A stretch of DNA of 64,000 nucleotides from Lama glama (Eukaryota): NCBI GenBank assembly GCA_028534125.1, contig CM052818.1, positions 8,930,001 through 8,994,000 of the forward strand. Direction: 5' to 3'. Position numbers and translations under genes: made by a program. Below the pieces are notes generated by a model that made no database searches, was not told the origin of the DNA, and worked only from the letters and a program-made list of their open reading frames with translations. Below are positions 25,340 to 37,547 of this stretch, piece after piece. Numbering within the stretch: the stretch's first letter is position 1; every line of letters starts with the position of its first letter.

Positions 25340-27326
25340 TTTTTTTAAATCAGGTGGGGTTTTTTTGACATTGAATTTTATGAGCTGTTTACATATTTTG
25401 AATATTAAGCCCTTATCATTTGCAAATATATTCTCCCATTCAGTAGGTTGTCTTTTCATTTTGTCAGTGGTTTCCTTTACTGTGCAGAACTTTTAAGTTT
25501 AATTTAGTTTCATTTGTTTATTTTTGCTTTTATTTCTTTTGCCTTAGGAAACAGATCCAAAAAATATTGCTATGATTTATGTCAAAGAGTGTTCTGGCTA
25601 TGTTCTCTTCCAGGAGTTTTATGTTTTCAGGACTTAACGTTTAGGTCTTTAATTCATTTTGAGTTTATTTTTGTATATGATTGAGGAAATGTTCTGAATT
25701 TTACTTTACATGTAGCTGTCCAGTATTCCCAGCACCACTTATTGAAGAGACTGTCTTTTCTCCACTGTACATTCTTGTCTCCTTTATTGTAGATTAATTG
25801 ACCACAGGTACATAGATTTATTTCTGGGCTCTCTACTCTGTTCCATTGATCTATGTGTCTGTTTTTGTGCCTGTATCATGCTGTTTTGATTACTATAGAT
25901 TTGTAGTATAGACTGAAGTCAGGGAGAATACCTTTAGCCTTGCTCTTTTTTTCTCAAGATTGCTCTGGCAATTAGGTGTCTTCTGCGGTTTCATATGAAC
26001 TTTAGGATTATTTGTCCTAGTTTTGTGAAAAATGCCATGGGCATTTGGATAGGGATTGCATTAAATCTGCAGATTGCTTTGGGGAGTATGGACTTTTTTT
26101 TAACATTTTTTATTGATTTATAATCATTTTACAATGTTGTGTCAAATTCCAGTGTAGAGCACAATTTGGACATTTTAACAATATTAATTCTTTCAATCCA
26201 AGAGCATGAAATATCTTTCCATTTCTTTGCACCATCTTAAATTTCCTCCATCAGTGTTTTATCACTTTCAGAGTATAGGTCTTTCACCAAATATATAAAC
26301 AGCTCATACAACTCAGTATCAAAAAAACAAACAACCTGATTAAAAAATGGGTCTTCTTTTCCAAAGAAGGCATACAGATGGCTAACAGGCACATGAAAAG
26401 GTGTTCAATCTCACTAATCATTAGAGAAATGCAAATGAAAACCAAACGAGATATTACTTCAAACCTGTCAGAATGACTATCATCAAAAAGTCTACAAATA
26501 ACAAATGCTGGTGAAGATGTGGAGAAAAGGGAACACTTGTACACTGTCAGTGGGAATGTAAATTGGTGCATCACAATGGAAAACAATATGAAGTTTCCTC
26601 AAAAAACTAAAAATAGAATGACCATGTGATCCTGCAAGTCTATTCCTGGGTATACATACAAAGAAAACAGAAACACTAATTTGAAAAGATACATGCACCC
26701 CACTGTTCATAACAGCATTATTTACAATAGCCAAGATATGGAAGCAACCTCACTGTCAATCAACAGATGAACAGATAAAGAAGATATGGTTTATATTTAC
26801 AGTGGAATACTACTCAGCCACAAGAATGAAATTTTGCCATTTGCAACATAAATAGACCTGGAGGGTATCATGTTTAGTGAAATAAGTCAGACAGAGAAAG
26901 ACAAATACTGTATATTATCATTTATATGTGAAATCTAAAAAATAAAACAAATGAATATATATAACAAAACAGAAACAGGCTCACAGATATAGAAAACAAA
27001 CTAGTGGTTGCCAGTGGGGAGAGAGAAGGTGGAAGGGGCAGAAAGGGGTAGGGGGGATTAAGAGATACAAACCACTATGTATAAAGTAGATAAGGAATAA
27101 GAATATATTGTACAGCACAGGGAAATATAGCTATTATTTTGTTTTTTGTTTTTTTAAAAATTTATATATATATATATTTTTTTTTCCTGAGTTATAGTCA
27201 TTTTACAATGTTGTGTCTATTTTGTAATAGCTTTAAATGGAGTATAATCTATAAAAATATTGAATCACTACCTTATACACCTGAAACTAATACAATATTG
27301 TAAATCAACTAAACTTAAATAAAAAG
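25340..27326 (+). mobile_element. 5'-inverted (twin-primed) LINE-1
   Basis: Antisense ORF2 segment 25340-26285 joined to sense ORF2 end, 3' UTR and tail 26286-27326. TSD aaatgtggtacatcc (25325-25339) / aaatgcagtacatcc (27327-27341). Confidence 0.85.
26094..26167 (-). mobile_element. About 70-bp young L1 3' tail insertion
   Basis: Reverse complement of the young L1 terminus seen at about 8225-8290. Flanked by tggac(t/a)tttt repeats. Confidence 0.8.
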
Positions 27327-27429
27327 AAATGCAGTACATCCATACATTGGGATACTACACAGCAATAAAAAGGAACAAACTAATGAAATGTGCAAAAACA
27401 TGGATGAATCTCAAATGCATTATGCTAAG

Positions 27430-27881
27430 TGTCATGGGTTCAACTGTATCGCCCCTTCAAAAAAACAGGAATTCCTAATCCCCTAACACCTCAAGCCGTG
27501 ACCTTATTTAGAAACAGGATTATTGCAGATGTAATTAGTTAAGATGAAGTCATACTGGAATAGAGTGGGCCCTTACTCCAATATGACTGGTCCTTATAAA
27601 AGACACACAAGAACCAATGTAATAATAGGCAACACACAGGGAGAACACCATGTGATGTCACAAGCAGAGACTGAAGTTATGCAGCTGCAAGATATGGAAT
27701 GCTAAGAATTGCTGGTGACACCAGAAACTAAGACAAAGGCATGAACAGATTCTTCCCAAGAGCCATCCAGAGAGCATGGACTTTCTGACAACTTGATTTT
27801 TGACTTCTATCATCCATTTCTGTTGTTTTAAGTCACCTAGTTTGTGGTACTTTGTTACAGCAGACTTAGGAAACTATTACA
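27430..27881 (+). mobile_element. MLT1-type (ERVL-MaLR) solo LTR
   Basis: TG...CA termini and a perfect 5-bp TSD ctaag (27425-27429 and 27882-27886). Internal gtgaccttattt...gcagatgtaattagttaagatga motif. Confidence 0.9.
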
Positions 27882-28944
27882 CTAAGTTAAATAAGCCAGA
27901 CTTAAAAGGCATTCAGATGACCTTCTGGAAAAGACAAAACTATAGGGATGGAGAACAAATCTGTTGCCAAGTGTTGGCAGTAGGATGAGGAAATGACTAC
28001 AAAGAGGCAGAGGAGAGTTTTGAAGGCAGTAGAAATATTCTAGATCTTGATCATGATGGTAGTTACACAACTGCATGTGTTTGTCAAAATTAATAAAACT
28101 TTATGCTATGTAAATTTAAAATTTTTGAATTTTACTCTATGTAAATTATGCCTGTATAAATTAAACCTGACCCCCTCAATCCAAAAACCATAAGTAAACA
28201 AAAAACCTTGTACAGTGATCATCTGCCTACCTTTCACTTAGATTCAATGATTGTCAATATTTGCCCATATTTGCTTTACCTATACATGAATTTTATTTTT
28301 GCTGAATCATTTGAAAATAAGTTGCAGACATCATGACATTTTACCCTAAATATTTTATCATGCATCTTCTAAGAATAAGGACATTTTTCTACATAAGAGA
28401 TCTAAGTAAAGTTACAACAATTTCAAAGTATCATCTAATTTACAGTCCATATTCCAACCTCTCTAATTGTAGTTAAAATGTCTTTTGTAATTGTCTTTTT
28501 CCAACCAGGATCCACTTAAGGATCATATAAAGCATTTGGATGTTATGCTCTCTTTAATCTCTTAATCTAGAATAATCTTACCATCTTTTTCTTTTCATGA
28601 CCTTTTTTGTCTATTCCAGTTGTCTTGCAGAATGTTCTAAGACTTCTGGATTTGTTTGATTGCTTCCTTATATGTTATCAAATTCTTCTATTTCTTTATT
28701 TCTTGTGAAATAGAAGTTAAGTCTAGAAGCTTGATTAGATTCAGGTTTCACTTTTGGTAAGTACAGTTCACAGGTGGTAGAGACCTATTTAGCTATCTTG
28801 TTTGCCTCCATGCAGACCTATTTTCCTGCCTTTCTCTCTCATACTATAAAGGATTTGTATACCCATGGGCTGTAGAGGCCACAAACATCAATCAGACAGT
28901 TCGTCCTAAAGGAGATGAATAATGAAACAGCACTCTTTATCAGC

Positions 28945-29190
28945 CAATAAATGCTAGGTGCTGGGGATACAGCAGTAGGAAATGCAAACATGGTCCTGCC
29001 TCCAAGGAGTTTATAGTCTAATAAGGGAGACAGACATTCATGAAAAAGAAAATCTAGAAAGAAAAGCACAGGAAAATATGGTTCTGTATAATGGGGAAAG
29101 CTTCCATGGGGGTGTACCATTTGAGCTGAGGACTGAAGGACGGACAGGTATCAAGTAGGGTAAAGGCAGGTAGAGACAGGGTGGGGGAGG
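28945..29190. mobile_element. L2 LINE fragment
   Basis: ctaggtgctggggatacagcagt...catggtcctgcctccaaggagtttatagtcta. Confidence 0.7.
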
Positions 29191-29805
29191 TGGGCTATAA
29201 GAGGTTTATGGATTGGTGGGGCATCCAGATACACTCGCAGGCAATTACAATCCTCTCCAGTGAAGCCATGAAAGAAGGCCATGTGATAGACTCTGGGGGT
29301 CAGAGGTAGCTTCATTAAGATGTCTGAGCTGAGGCCAGAAGGGTGAACAAGTCAGTGAAGATAAACAGAAGTAAGATGAGGAAGCAAACAGCTAATTACT
29401 TAGTTGCTAGAATCAAATCTGTGTAGGGATTTACGTTCAAGAAAACGGAAGTATTCTTACCAAAAATTTTAATCTGAGCTGATCAAGATTCTAGACTTAA
29501 CTTCTAGTTTACAGGAAATAAATTTTAAATCACAGAGGAATTTTAAATCCCACTGCCTTACATTGAAAACCCTAACCAGAGAAGTTTAGAATTATAGTCA
29601 TACCAAACCAGTGATTTGTGCTGTCATCCAAAAGAACTGTCGAATCCTGGAAGAAAAGTTGGTCTGTTAAAGCTTTTTTTCACTCCATTTCACTTTCTTG
29701 AGTATTCAGGTTAGGCTAGGGCTCAAATCCATTCTCCATAGAATAATAGCCCTGGTATTGTTGCTTCTAATATTAACTACAATTTTTTAAAAATTACATT
29801 TTCCT

Positions 29806-29951
29806 GGGGGAAGGGTATATCTTAGTGGTAGAGTGCATGCTTAGCATGCACAAGGTCCTGGGTTCAATCCCCAGTACCTCCATTTGAAAAATAAAATAAA
29901 TAAATAAATAAATAAACCCAATTGCCCCCCCCCAAATTTAAACAAACAAAC
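29806..29951 (+). mobile_element. tRNA-Ala-derived SINE (Vic-1-like)
   Basis: ggggaagggtata...gtggtagagtgcatgcttagcatgcac...gggttcaatccccagtacctcc with a (taaa)n tail. TSD aaaaat(t/c)acattttcc at 29789-29804 and 29952-29967. Confidence 0.92.
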
Positions 29952-30890
29952 AAAAATCACATTTTCCCTAAGCCACACAGCTAACAAGGTGGAGAGACAG
30001 AATTCAATCCAAAGTTGCTGGTTCCCAAGTACCTGTATTTAACCATCAAACGACACTGCCCCCAGTAATAATGATACAGATACCTATCTCTTACCTACCA
30101 AGATGAAAGTAAGAGAAAGGGGGGTTTTGTAATGTAAGTCAAAAGAAGGGACAGATATTCTTTTAGCACAATAAGGACACAGAGTGATGCCAGTAGGAGG
30201 TTAATTGGCCCAGTATGAATGGTCTGGTTATTTTTAGACACTTGAACAGGAGGCCAAACCACAATGGCCAGAAATTTCTACCCCTCACCCTCCTCCAGGA
30301 ACAGAAAACGACTGTGCTTTTAAGAAATGAAAAGCAGTTGGGATCTTTGGGAGAAGGAACAGAGAAAAGGACTACGGGGAAGGGAAATATGAGAGGAGGC
30401 AGGAAGGGGAGGCTGCGGGGAGGTCTGCTAACCAGAGGTTGGCCATTTAAGTGCCATGGCTACTAAATCCCCTTACTCATGGTTGAACAGTTTATAGAGG
30501 CCACTCAAATCTCTGTCATGCCATGCACTCTCAGTTGGTTAGAATATGATGCATGAGCCTGATTTAAAAGATTCACTCACCACACTCCATGGTTCTGTGT
30601 GTTCTTCAACAGACAACTGGAAGATAGTTTTGTTAGGAACTGTTCCATGATGGGATTCCATTAACTTCTATTAACATAAGGCACTGTGCTAAGTGCTTTA
30701 ATACGTTCATTACCTCTAATCTTCTCACCGACCTCCCAGAAGGGGTCACTGAGACTTAGTTATTCACCTAATATCACAAAACTGTCAAACCAGAGAGTTT
30801 TTTAAGTTTCCCATCTATCACAGCCTGATAATTTTGTAAGATACATAATTCGTAAAACACAAAATGAAATTTTAAAAGATAGGCACAATG

Positions 30891-31313
30891 CAGGCATATC
30901 TCATTTTATTGCACTTCACAGATATTGCTGTTTTAGAAATGGAAGGTTTGTGGAACCCCTGTGTTGTCAGATCATGGTTAGCATTTTTTCTTTTAGCAAT
31001 AAAGCATTTTTATTGTTTTGTTTTTTGAGATAACTAGGTTTCCTTACTTATTGATTTAAATGGAGATACTGGGGACAGAACCCAGGACCTTGTACTTGCT
31101 AGGCATGCACTCTACCACCGAACTATACCCTCTCCCCAAGCAATAAAGCATTTTTAAATTGAGGTATGTATATATTTTTTTCTTTTAGATATAAGGCTAC
31201 AGTACAGTGTAAACCTAACTTTTATATGGGCTGAGAAACCAAAAAAAACTCACATGATCCGCTTTATTGCAGTGGTCTGAAATCAAACCTGCAACATCTC
31301 CCAGGTATGCCTC
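30891..31313 (+). mobile_element. Internally deleted Tigger1 derivative (MITE) with both ends
   Basis: Starts caggcatatct and ends aggtatgcct (inverted termini). The Tigger1 5' part is fused to the 3' part near 30967. Confidence 0.85.
31012..31138 (-). mobile_element. tRNA-Ala-derived SINE inserted in the Tigger1 derivative
   Basis: Perfect 17-bp TSD agcaataaagcattttt at 30995-31011 and 31139-31155. Confidence 0.92.
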
Positions 31314-31419
31314 TTTAAGCTCAACCTTATGATTACACTCAACAGACATTAATGCAAAGACATTTCTAACACTTACTCTGAATGTATGTACCAATCTTGT
31401 CACAGAATGGCACAAGTAC

Positions 31420-31572
31420 AGAGTTTCTTATCATGAAGGCACATCAGAATCGTTTCAGAACCTTCACCAAATACATGGGCCTGCCCTCCACCCAGACTCT
31501 GATTCAGCAGGCTTTGCATAGACACTCTCCCCAGGGAATTCTGATGTCCATCCTTAGTTAAGAATCACTCGC
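31420..31572. mobile_element. MER5-like hAT-Charlie remnant
   Basis: cacatcagaatc...cccagactctgattcagcagg...ttaagaatcact. Confidence 0.55.
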
Positions 31573-32826
31573 AGCTCTAACATATTAACAAAGCTACTGT
31601 TGCCAGTTCAGTGGGAATTCAGAGAACCGAGATCTTCTTTCAGAATTCACTAAAACCAGTACCGGGCAACCTCGGGCAGGGGGAGAAAGGGCAAGAATGT
31701 CAGGAAACTGGAGGGTCTCAGGAGTTGCTCTCCCTAACATCTGCATTGCCACCTGGTGCTTTTTCAGTATCTTTTCAACTTAAAACTTTTGAGGTCCAGT
31801 TCAAGTATGAAATCTCTCTGAGCAGCAAATTAGAAACAGTCACAACTGCATTTTTGCAGATAACCACTTCCATCCCAGGTGACATCTCTATTATGTTTCC
31901 CCCTACACAGCCCTGCCTTAGTAAGAACAGGCCATCTCCTTCATTCTGCATTTGAGGGACTCTGGGAACAGTCTACCCCAAAGGAAAACTAGTTCTTAAT
32001 TCATCCCAGAAGACAGCAGCTGCTGGGGCAGCCATTTGCAGGCAGGAAGAGCCTGGAGAGAGAAGCACTCCACCTTCCAGATCAGGGCCAAGACGGGGAC
32101 GAGGTCTCACAGAAAGACCTGAGCGCATGAGAGACTTGAGCGCAAATAGGAAGTGCTGGTGGACATATTCCCTCAGCGAAAAAGTCCAGTGACCTAAGTG
32201 ACCCCAAAAGAAGCAAGGATAGATAAGATGTTTGTGGAAAAAATGACAGCCTGACTGAGCCAAAATACAATTCATCATTTTTTCACAGTAATTACTTTTT
32301 ATTAGTATTGCTGGTGTGCATGTGTCTTCCACTGACCCTACCACAATGGTATACAAGTACACACAGAGCTTGACGTGCACCATGGGTACTTTACCCTCTC
32401 ATCGATCCCAGTCCTTGATGGGTATGTTCAGATAGCAGATACTCAATAAAATTTGGGACTATTCCTCCCACTTTATTCTCTAGAATAGATCGAAAACTCC
32501 TTGATGGACAATATATTTTCAGACTCCATCAAGGGCCCCTACAAATCAATAATAAAAAGATAAATAACTAAAAAACAAACAGGCGAAGAATATGGACCAT
32601 GTCATAGAAGGGAAATAAAATAAAATAAAAGATGTGAAAAGATGCTCAACCTCACTGACTGGGAAAATGCAAGGCAAAATGAGATACCGTTTTTGACTCA
32701 CATTGGCAAAAAGGAGTGATATTATCAAGCTACTTTCGTACACTGCTTGTGAAAGTACAAGTTGGATGGGCCACTTTAGAGGGCTATATGCCAGTATCTG
32801 TTTGCATCTTGAGTTTGAGGGATTCT

Positions 32827-33033
32827 GGGAACTGTGCTGGAGTCAGTTCATACCGGCTTGCAAGAGCCAATTGTGCATATCTCGTCCCAACTCCAAGTTC
32901 AGCAATGTCACATTAGTAGTTGAAATTGGCCATGGTGGGAGAACTCACACAGTGGAAATAGGGCAAATGTTACAAATCAGCCCCTACCTCCTTTTGGCAA
33001 GACTGGTTGTTAAACATTTATCCTGCTCCACAG
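32827..33033 (+). mobile_element. MER63A-like (hAT-Blackjack) element
   Basis: tgtgctggag...cataccggcttgcaagagccaattgt...gaaattggccatggtgggag...ggttgttaaacattta. Confidence 0.8.
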
Positions 33034-33293
33034 TCTATTTGCCAGTGTCTAGAATCTAAAAAGCACATAACTCATGATACATCAATTCCTGTTTTCTAAG
33101 ATATATTTGCAGACGTGTACAGGAAGGCTTGTGCAAGAATGCTCATTGCTGCATTGTTTGCAATGGGGAAAAACTGTAAGCAACCTAAAAACTCATTGAT
33201 AGGGGACTTAAAAAAACACACATAACAAAACTGTTGTGCATATGGAATACCATGTAGCAGCTGGAATTAATGAGGTAAATTTATATAAACTTT

Positions 33294-33666
33294 TGGGAGG
33301 AAAAACTTCTCTACCGACTTAGGTCCGACTTGGGGGAGTGGGCTGTACACAAACTAACAGAAGACAAATTAACAGGAGAAAAATGTGTTACTCATGTGTG
33401 ACCACCTCACAGTACTTCCTGTAAAACTCTAGCGTAGCTAGGGGCGAAGGTTTACGTACCAGTTTTATAGGAGGGGAGGGGTGCCCAAGGTCAGCCTCCC
33501 TGATCTGAGTCATGAAGGGTGGGGGAGAGTGCTGGCAGCTAGTACAGCCCTGTTCTTACCAGATATGGGAAGCTCTAATGAGACTTCTTTCAGCATCTTC
33601 TGTCGCTCAGACATTTCCACTGTGAAGTATTCCCTGTATCAGTCTGCTGGGTTGTTGGTCTCTGCA
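33294..33666 (-). mobile_element. ERV1-like solo LTR
   Basis: Discrete insert within the L1 carrying an agacaaattaacaggagaaaa motif, with TG...CA-like ends. Confidence 0.5.
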
Positions 33667-36299
33667 GTACTAATTTAGAAAAGTCCCCAGAAGTGTTGTT
33701 GAGGGAAAGAGCAATGTTCAGGACAATACATACAGTGTGATTGCACGTATGTTACAGAAATACATAAAACAACACTGTAAATATGGGCGAATATACAGGT
33801 AGGCGAAAATCATTAAGAAAAAAAACTTGGAAGGAGACATACTCAAAGTGACCACAGAGTTATTGCTGGGGAAGAGGAAACTAGGATGGACTGTATTATT
33901 GGTCATAGGGGACTTTAGCCTTAATTGTAAGCCTTAAATATTTCTCAAGGACAATATATTCATGTATTATTTGTGTAAAGTTAAAACCAAACCAAAACAG
34001 CTCCTTAAAGATGGAAATGTCCATACACTGTCACTCAGAAGGCCAAAGTCAGTGCTCTGAGATCCTGGAAAAGGAGGCACCCCCTTACACCTGGAATATA
34101 ATCCCTCTTCCAGTGGCCTGGGCCTCTTGGGCAGCCCTGCACTTCTCTGGCGGGGTACTCTGGGGACTTTGTGGGATATCAGGCCTGATTAAGACCCTTA
34201 ACAGCCCCTGAAAAGCACTGAAAAGATGATGATTCTCCTCCCTTCTCTGCATTTATAATTCAAGATAAAAATACTATGAAAGCAAAGAAATCCTACAAAG
34301 TCCTGATCTTTCCTATGACCATGGTAATACTTTTGATATTTGAAAAACTTAAAATCTCTCAAAAAACTCTGACTTAGCTGGTATCACGTGCTTAATTCTG
34401 AGTGAGTGGGTGATTCACCTCCTGGCAAAATAAGGGTGAGAAGTGGAACAAGTCACCAGCAATCTTCAGTCCTTCCCCAGGAGAAGGATAAGGCAAAAGA
34501 ATGGAAGGAAAGGATGAGTTTAATCCCTAGTTGTCTCCTCAAACCAGCTCCTCAACACAATTAACTGGCTAAGCTTCCAGGTGCTTGATCTACAAAGAAA
34601 GGCCCCGCTGTTACGCAGCAACCACTTCTCTCCCAGGGCTCACCCAAGGCAACAGGGACTAGCTGGGTCTTGCCCCTCCAGCAGTGGTTCCTGGGCTGCT
34701 TGCCCACAGGGGCTGCAAGTTGATTCTCCCCGGGTTAGGTCACCAGTGAGGAGATTTCTCCAGCTCTTCAGGGAACTTCAGAATCAAATTCCCTTGGCTT
34801 TTTATTCAACTGTTTCCTATGTGTACAGGGACAGGGAAGGTGTCTGTTAAACTTTCACCTAAAATTACATACATAAAGCATCAGGATCATCTTTTCCCAC
34901 CTGTCTCAGCAAGGGAATTGGGTGGGTCTGATAACTTGCCCACTTGATGCTCGTGGATTCAGATAACCTGGTTAGTTACTATTTATTATTAATTGTTTAT
35001 TATTTACTTACTTCCTGTTACTGGAGTAAAAGATTTTTCTCTGAATTCCCTATAGACCACATTTGAAGTGGTAGTACATTATCCAGCAAATGGCTATTTC
35101 TGTGCTTTAATGGATCATTCGGTAAGTATGAATTTATGAAGTGATTTGCTTTCTTCTACCTCAGAGGGGATCTGCAGAAAGGCACCTCTTTGGTCTGTGA
35201 GGTCCAAAGCCAGGTGGACCCTCTGTGCCCAGAGGATATGGTACCTCACACCCCCTCCCACCCTGGCCGGCCACTCCAGATTAGGCTGGGGCTCCAGGGA
35301 AGACTGAAATGTTATCTGGCCCATCTGCCTTCCTGGGCCATTCTTTGGCTGATACTGGTTGACAGCAAATATAAACCCTTTGGGCAAAGTTCAGTTATGC
35401 ACAGTAACAGCCTTCACCTCCTTTAAGTCACCATAACTGAATTCTGCTTTGAGGACAAGAGCAGGTAGATATATATATAAAATGTACAAATATACATTTT
35501 TTTTTTAAGAACCATCATTCCTTCCTGCAGACTGCTTGGGGGAGGTAAACATGAATGTCATGGGCTAACAAGACAAAGGTTCTTTTTTCCGTTCTCCTCC
35601 ATTTCCCTTCCCTTTCCAGAATTGAGACCATGGGGGTTCTCTTCAGGAGGCAGGATAGTGACCCTTGAAAGACTTCACCTTCCTTCCCAATCAAGCCAGA
35701 ATGGGCCCACAGCTCCACCAGAGATGCTACAGAAATGGCTTCTGGCTTCATTTCCCCAGGGAGGGAGTGAGCCTGGGGGTTTGTTCCATTGTGCAGCCCC
35801 ATGTGTGTTAGCAGTCATAGGTTCTCTGACTCCAGCTATGTTTAGCTCTGTTTGATTGTCCTCCATGGGAACATGACTGCCTTAATCTCCCTTTCCTCAG
35901 CTCTCCGTTTATAACAACTCATCACCTAGAACCTGAGCCCCAGATGGTGAGGCAGATATGATCCGGGTTTATAAACATCCACCAAGAGAAAAGGCAGGCC
36001 GCTTCCATGAAGAGGTGTGACCCTACCCATCCCTGGAAACATGTTCCCTTTCCATCTCCAGATTCAAAGACATACCCCTCTATTCTTCACAAGTTCAATT
36101 GATTTCAAAAGCTTTGGCTTAAAACCTTTCCTGACAACTCCAGCCACCTCTGACCTCTCTCTTTATTCAAACTCTCAGAGCAATTGTGTTTGCACCATTC
36201 AATTTAGCACTTAATTGGCTACTAACCTGTACTGCTTGTAAACTGCTCCATGGTTACTGGTTTTAGCTTCCTAAGGAGACAGTTCCTATGAGTAGGAAT

Positions 36300-36745
36300 A
36301 ATGATAATAATAAGAGCAGCAGCAAACATTTATATGTGCTGACTTTATGCAGATGTTACTCTGGGTGCAGTCTACATGTTAACTCACTCTCCCCAGATGC
36401 CAACAGAAGTAGGTATTATTGTATTATCATCCCATTTTGACAAGTGAAGAAACTGAGGCACACTGGTAAATAAGTTGCCCACGGTTGCACAACTAGTTAA
36501 TGTAAGAGCCAGGATTTCACCTAGGTCAAAGAGCTCTTGGGTCTCTAGAAGATGTCTTTTAGACTATCTCCTAATTCCTATTTATTGCATAGTATCTAAC
36601 CCTGTGAATCAGATTTATCATCCCCCTTTTTGTTTTTATCATCCCTATTTTCAGATGAGAAAACTAAACTTGCCTGAGGTCACAGAGCCAGGACCCTGCC
36701 CAGAGCTGTGATTCAAATTTAGATCTCTCTGACTCGAAAGCTTTC
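36300..36745 (-). mobile_element. Two MIR SINE copies
   Basis: atcccattttgacaagtgaagaaactgaggcac and ccctattttcagatgagaaaact cores. Confidence 0.8.
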
Positions 36746-37499
36746 TTTTTCCCTACTAAATGGAAACCATTTAATATTTTTTAATTTTCAATTGTCATAC
36801 CTTTGACATTCAACCCAGTTGTCATACCTCTGATGCTCTTTCATCTCATGCACAATTGTGAAGACTTCTGCAGGCAGGGGAAGGGAGAAGGATACGAAGA
36901 TGATGAGATAAGGTCTCTACCCTTAAGGAGTTCACAGCCATGGGGGAGACAGATGTACAGACAAGGAGATGTACTAAAATGCTGTAGGTGCTGTGATGGC
37001 AGCCAAAGGATGAGGACGGCGTACTGAGGGATCCTTGGTTGTCATACAGGGGTGTGAACTCAGACTCCTTATAAAGTTTTTAACTCAGAGTTTTGTGATA
37101 GAAAAGATTTTGTGATAAACTCTGTTGACCAGAAAACTCAACTAAGAGCACTCTGAGTATTCTGATTCACTAGGTTTCTGCTGTAAATAATCCTCTCCAA
37201 ATCCACTATAAATTGTTGCTATTTTCTTGGTTGCCCCTGGCTCCATAAACCGTAGGGGGTTGGTAGAGGTGGTAACAGACTGTCTTCTGGGAATTCATGA
37301 AACTCCTGACACTGAATGAAAAATTCAGTGACTATGTGCATGTCTTTTATCTGGGAAAGAAAAACCACAGCTTGCAATGGATTCTTAAACACATAAAGTG
37401 TCACACGGAAGTTAAGAACCACTAAAACGATGCTTTGAAGGTATACCTGAACGGGTAACTATATAACCAAATATATGTGTATAACTATAACTACGTATA

Positions 37500-37502
<3 letters not shown>

Positions 37503-37544
<42 letters not shown>
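37503..37544 (+). repeat. (TG)21 microsatellite
   Basis: Uninterrupted TG run read directly. Confidence 0.95.

Positions 37545-37547
<3 letters not shown>

Larger units (their letters stand above)
24535..28790. mobile_element. Nested retroelement stack (old antisense L1 containing a sense L1M, which contains an inverted L1 and an LTR)
   Basis: The outer antisense L1 (24535-24647 and about 28210-28790) is split at a repeated tacagtga. The sense L1M lies at 24649-25339, 27327-27429 and 27882-28200. Inner elements are listed separately. Confidence 0.75.
32540..33985 (+). mobile_element. Old L1ME-type 3' region interrupted by MER63 and an LTR
   Basis: atgtgaaaagatgctcaacctcact...; caagaatgctcattgctgcattgtttgcaat...gcaacctaaa. 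The 3' UTR resumes at about 33670. Confidence 0.7.

Noticed and set aside
29806..29883. Possible tRNA-Ala genes (also near 20190-20266, 31060-31137, 43581-43656 and 63220-63292)
   Set aside because: All carry the SINE tail and flanking direct repeats and have mismatched stems, so they are retroposed SINEs.
31611..32383. 114-aa and 136-aa ORFs
   Set aside because: Non-ATG starts, no recognisable homology and no convincing exon structure.
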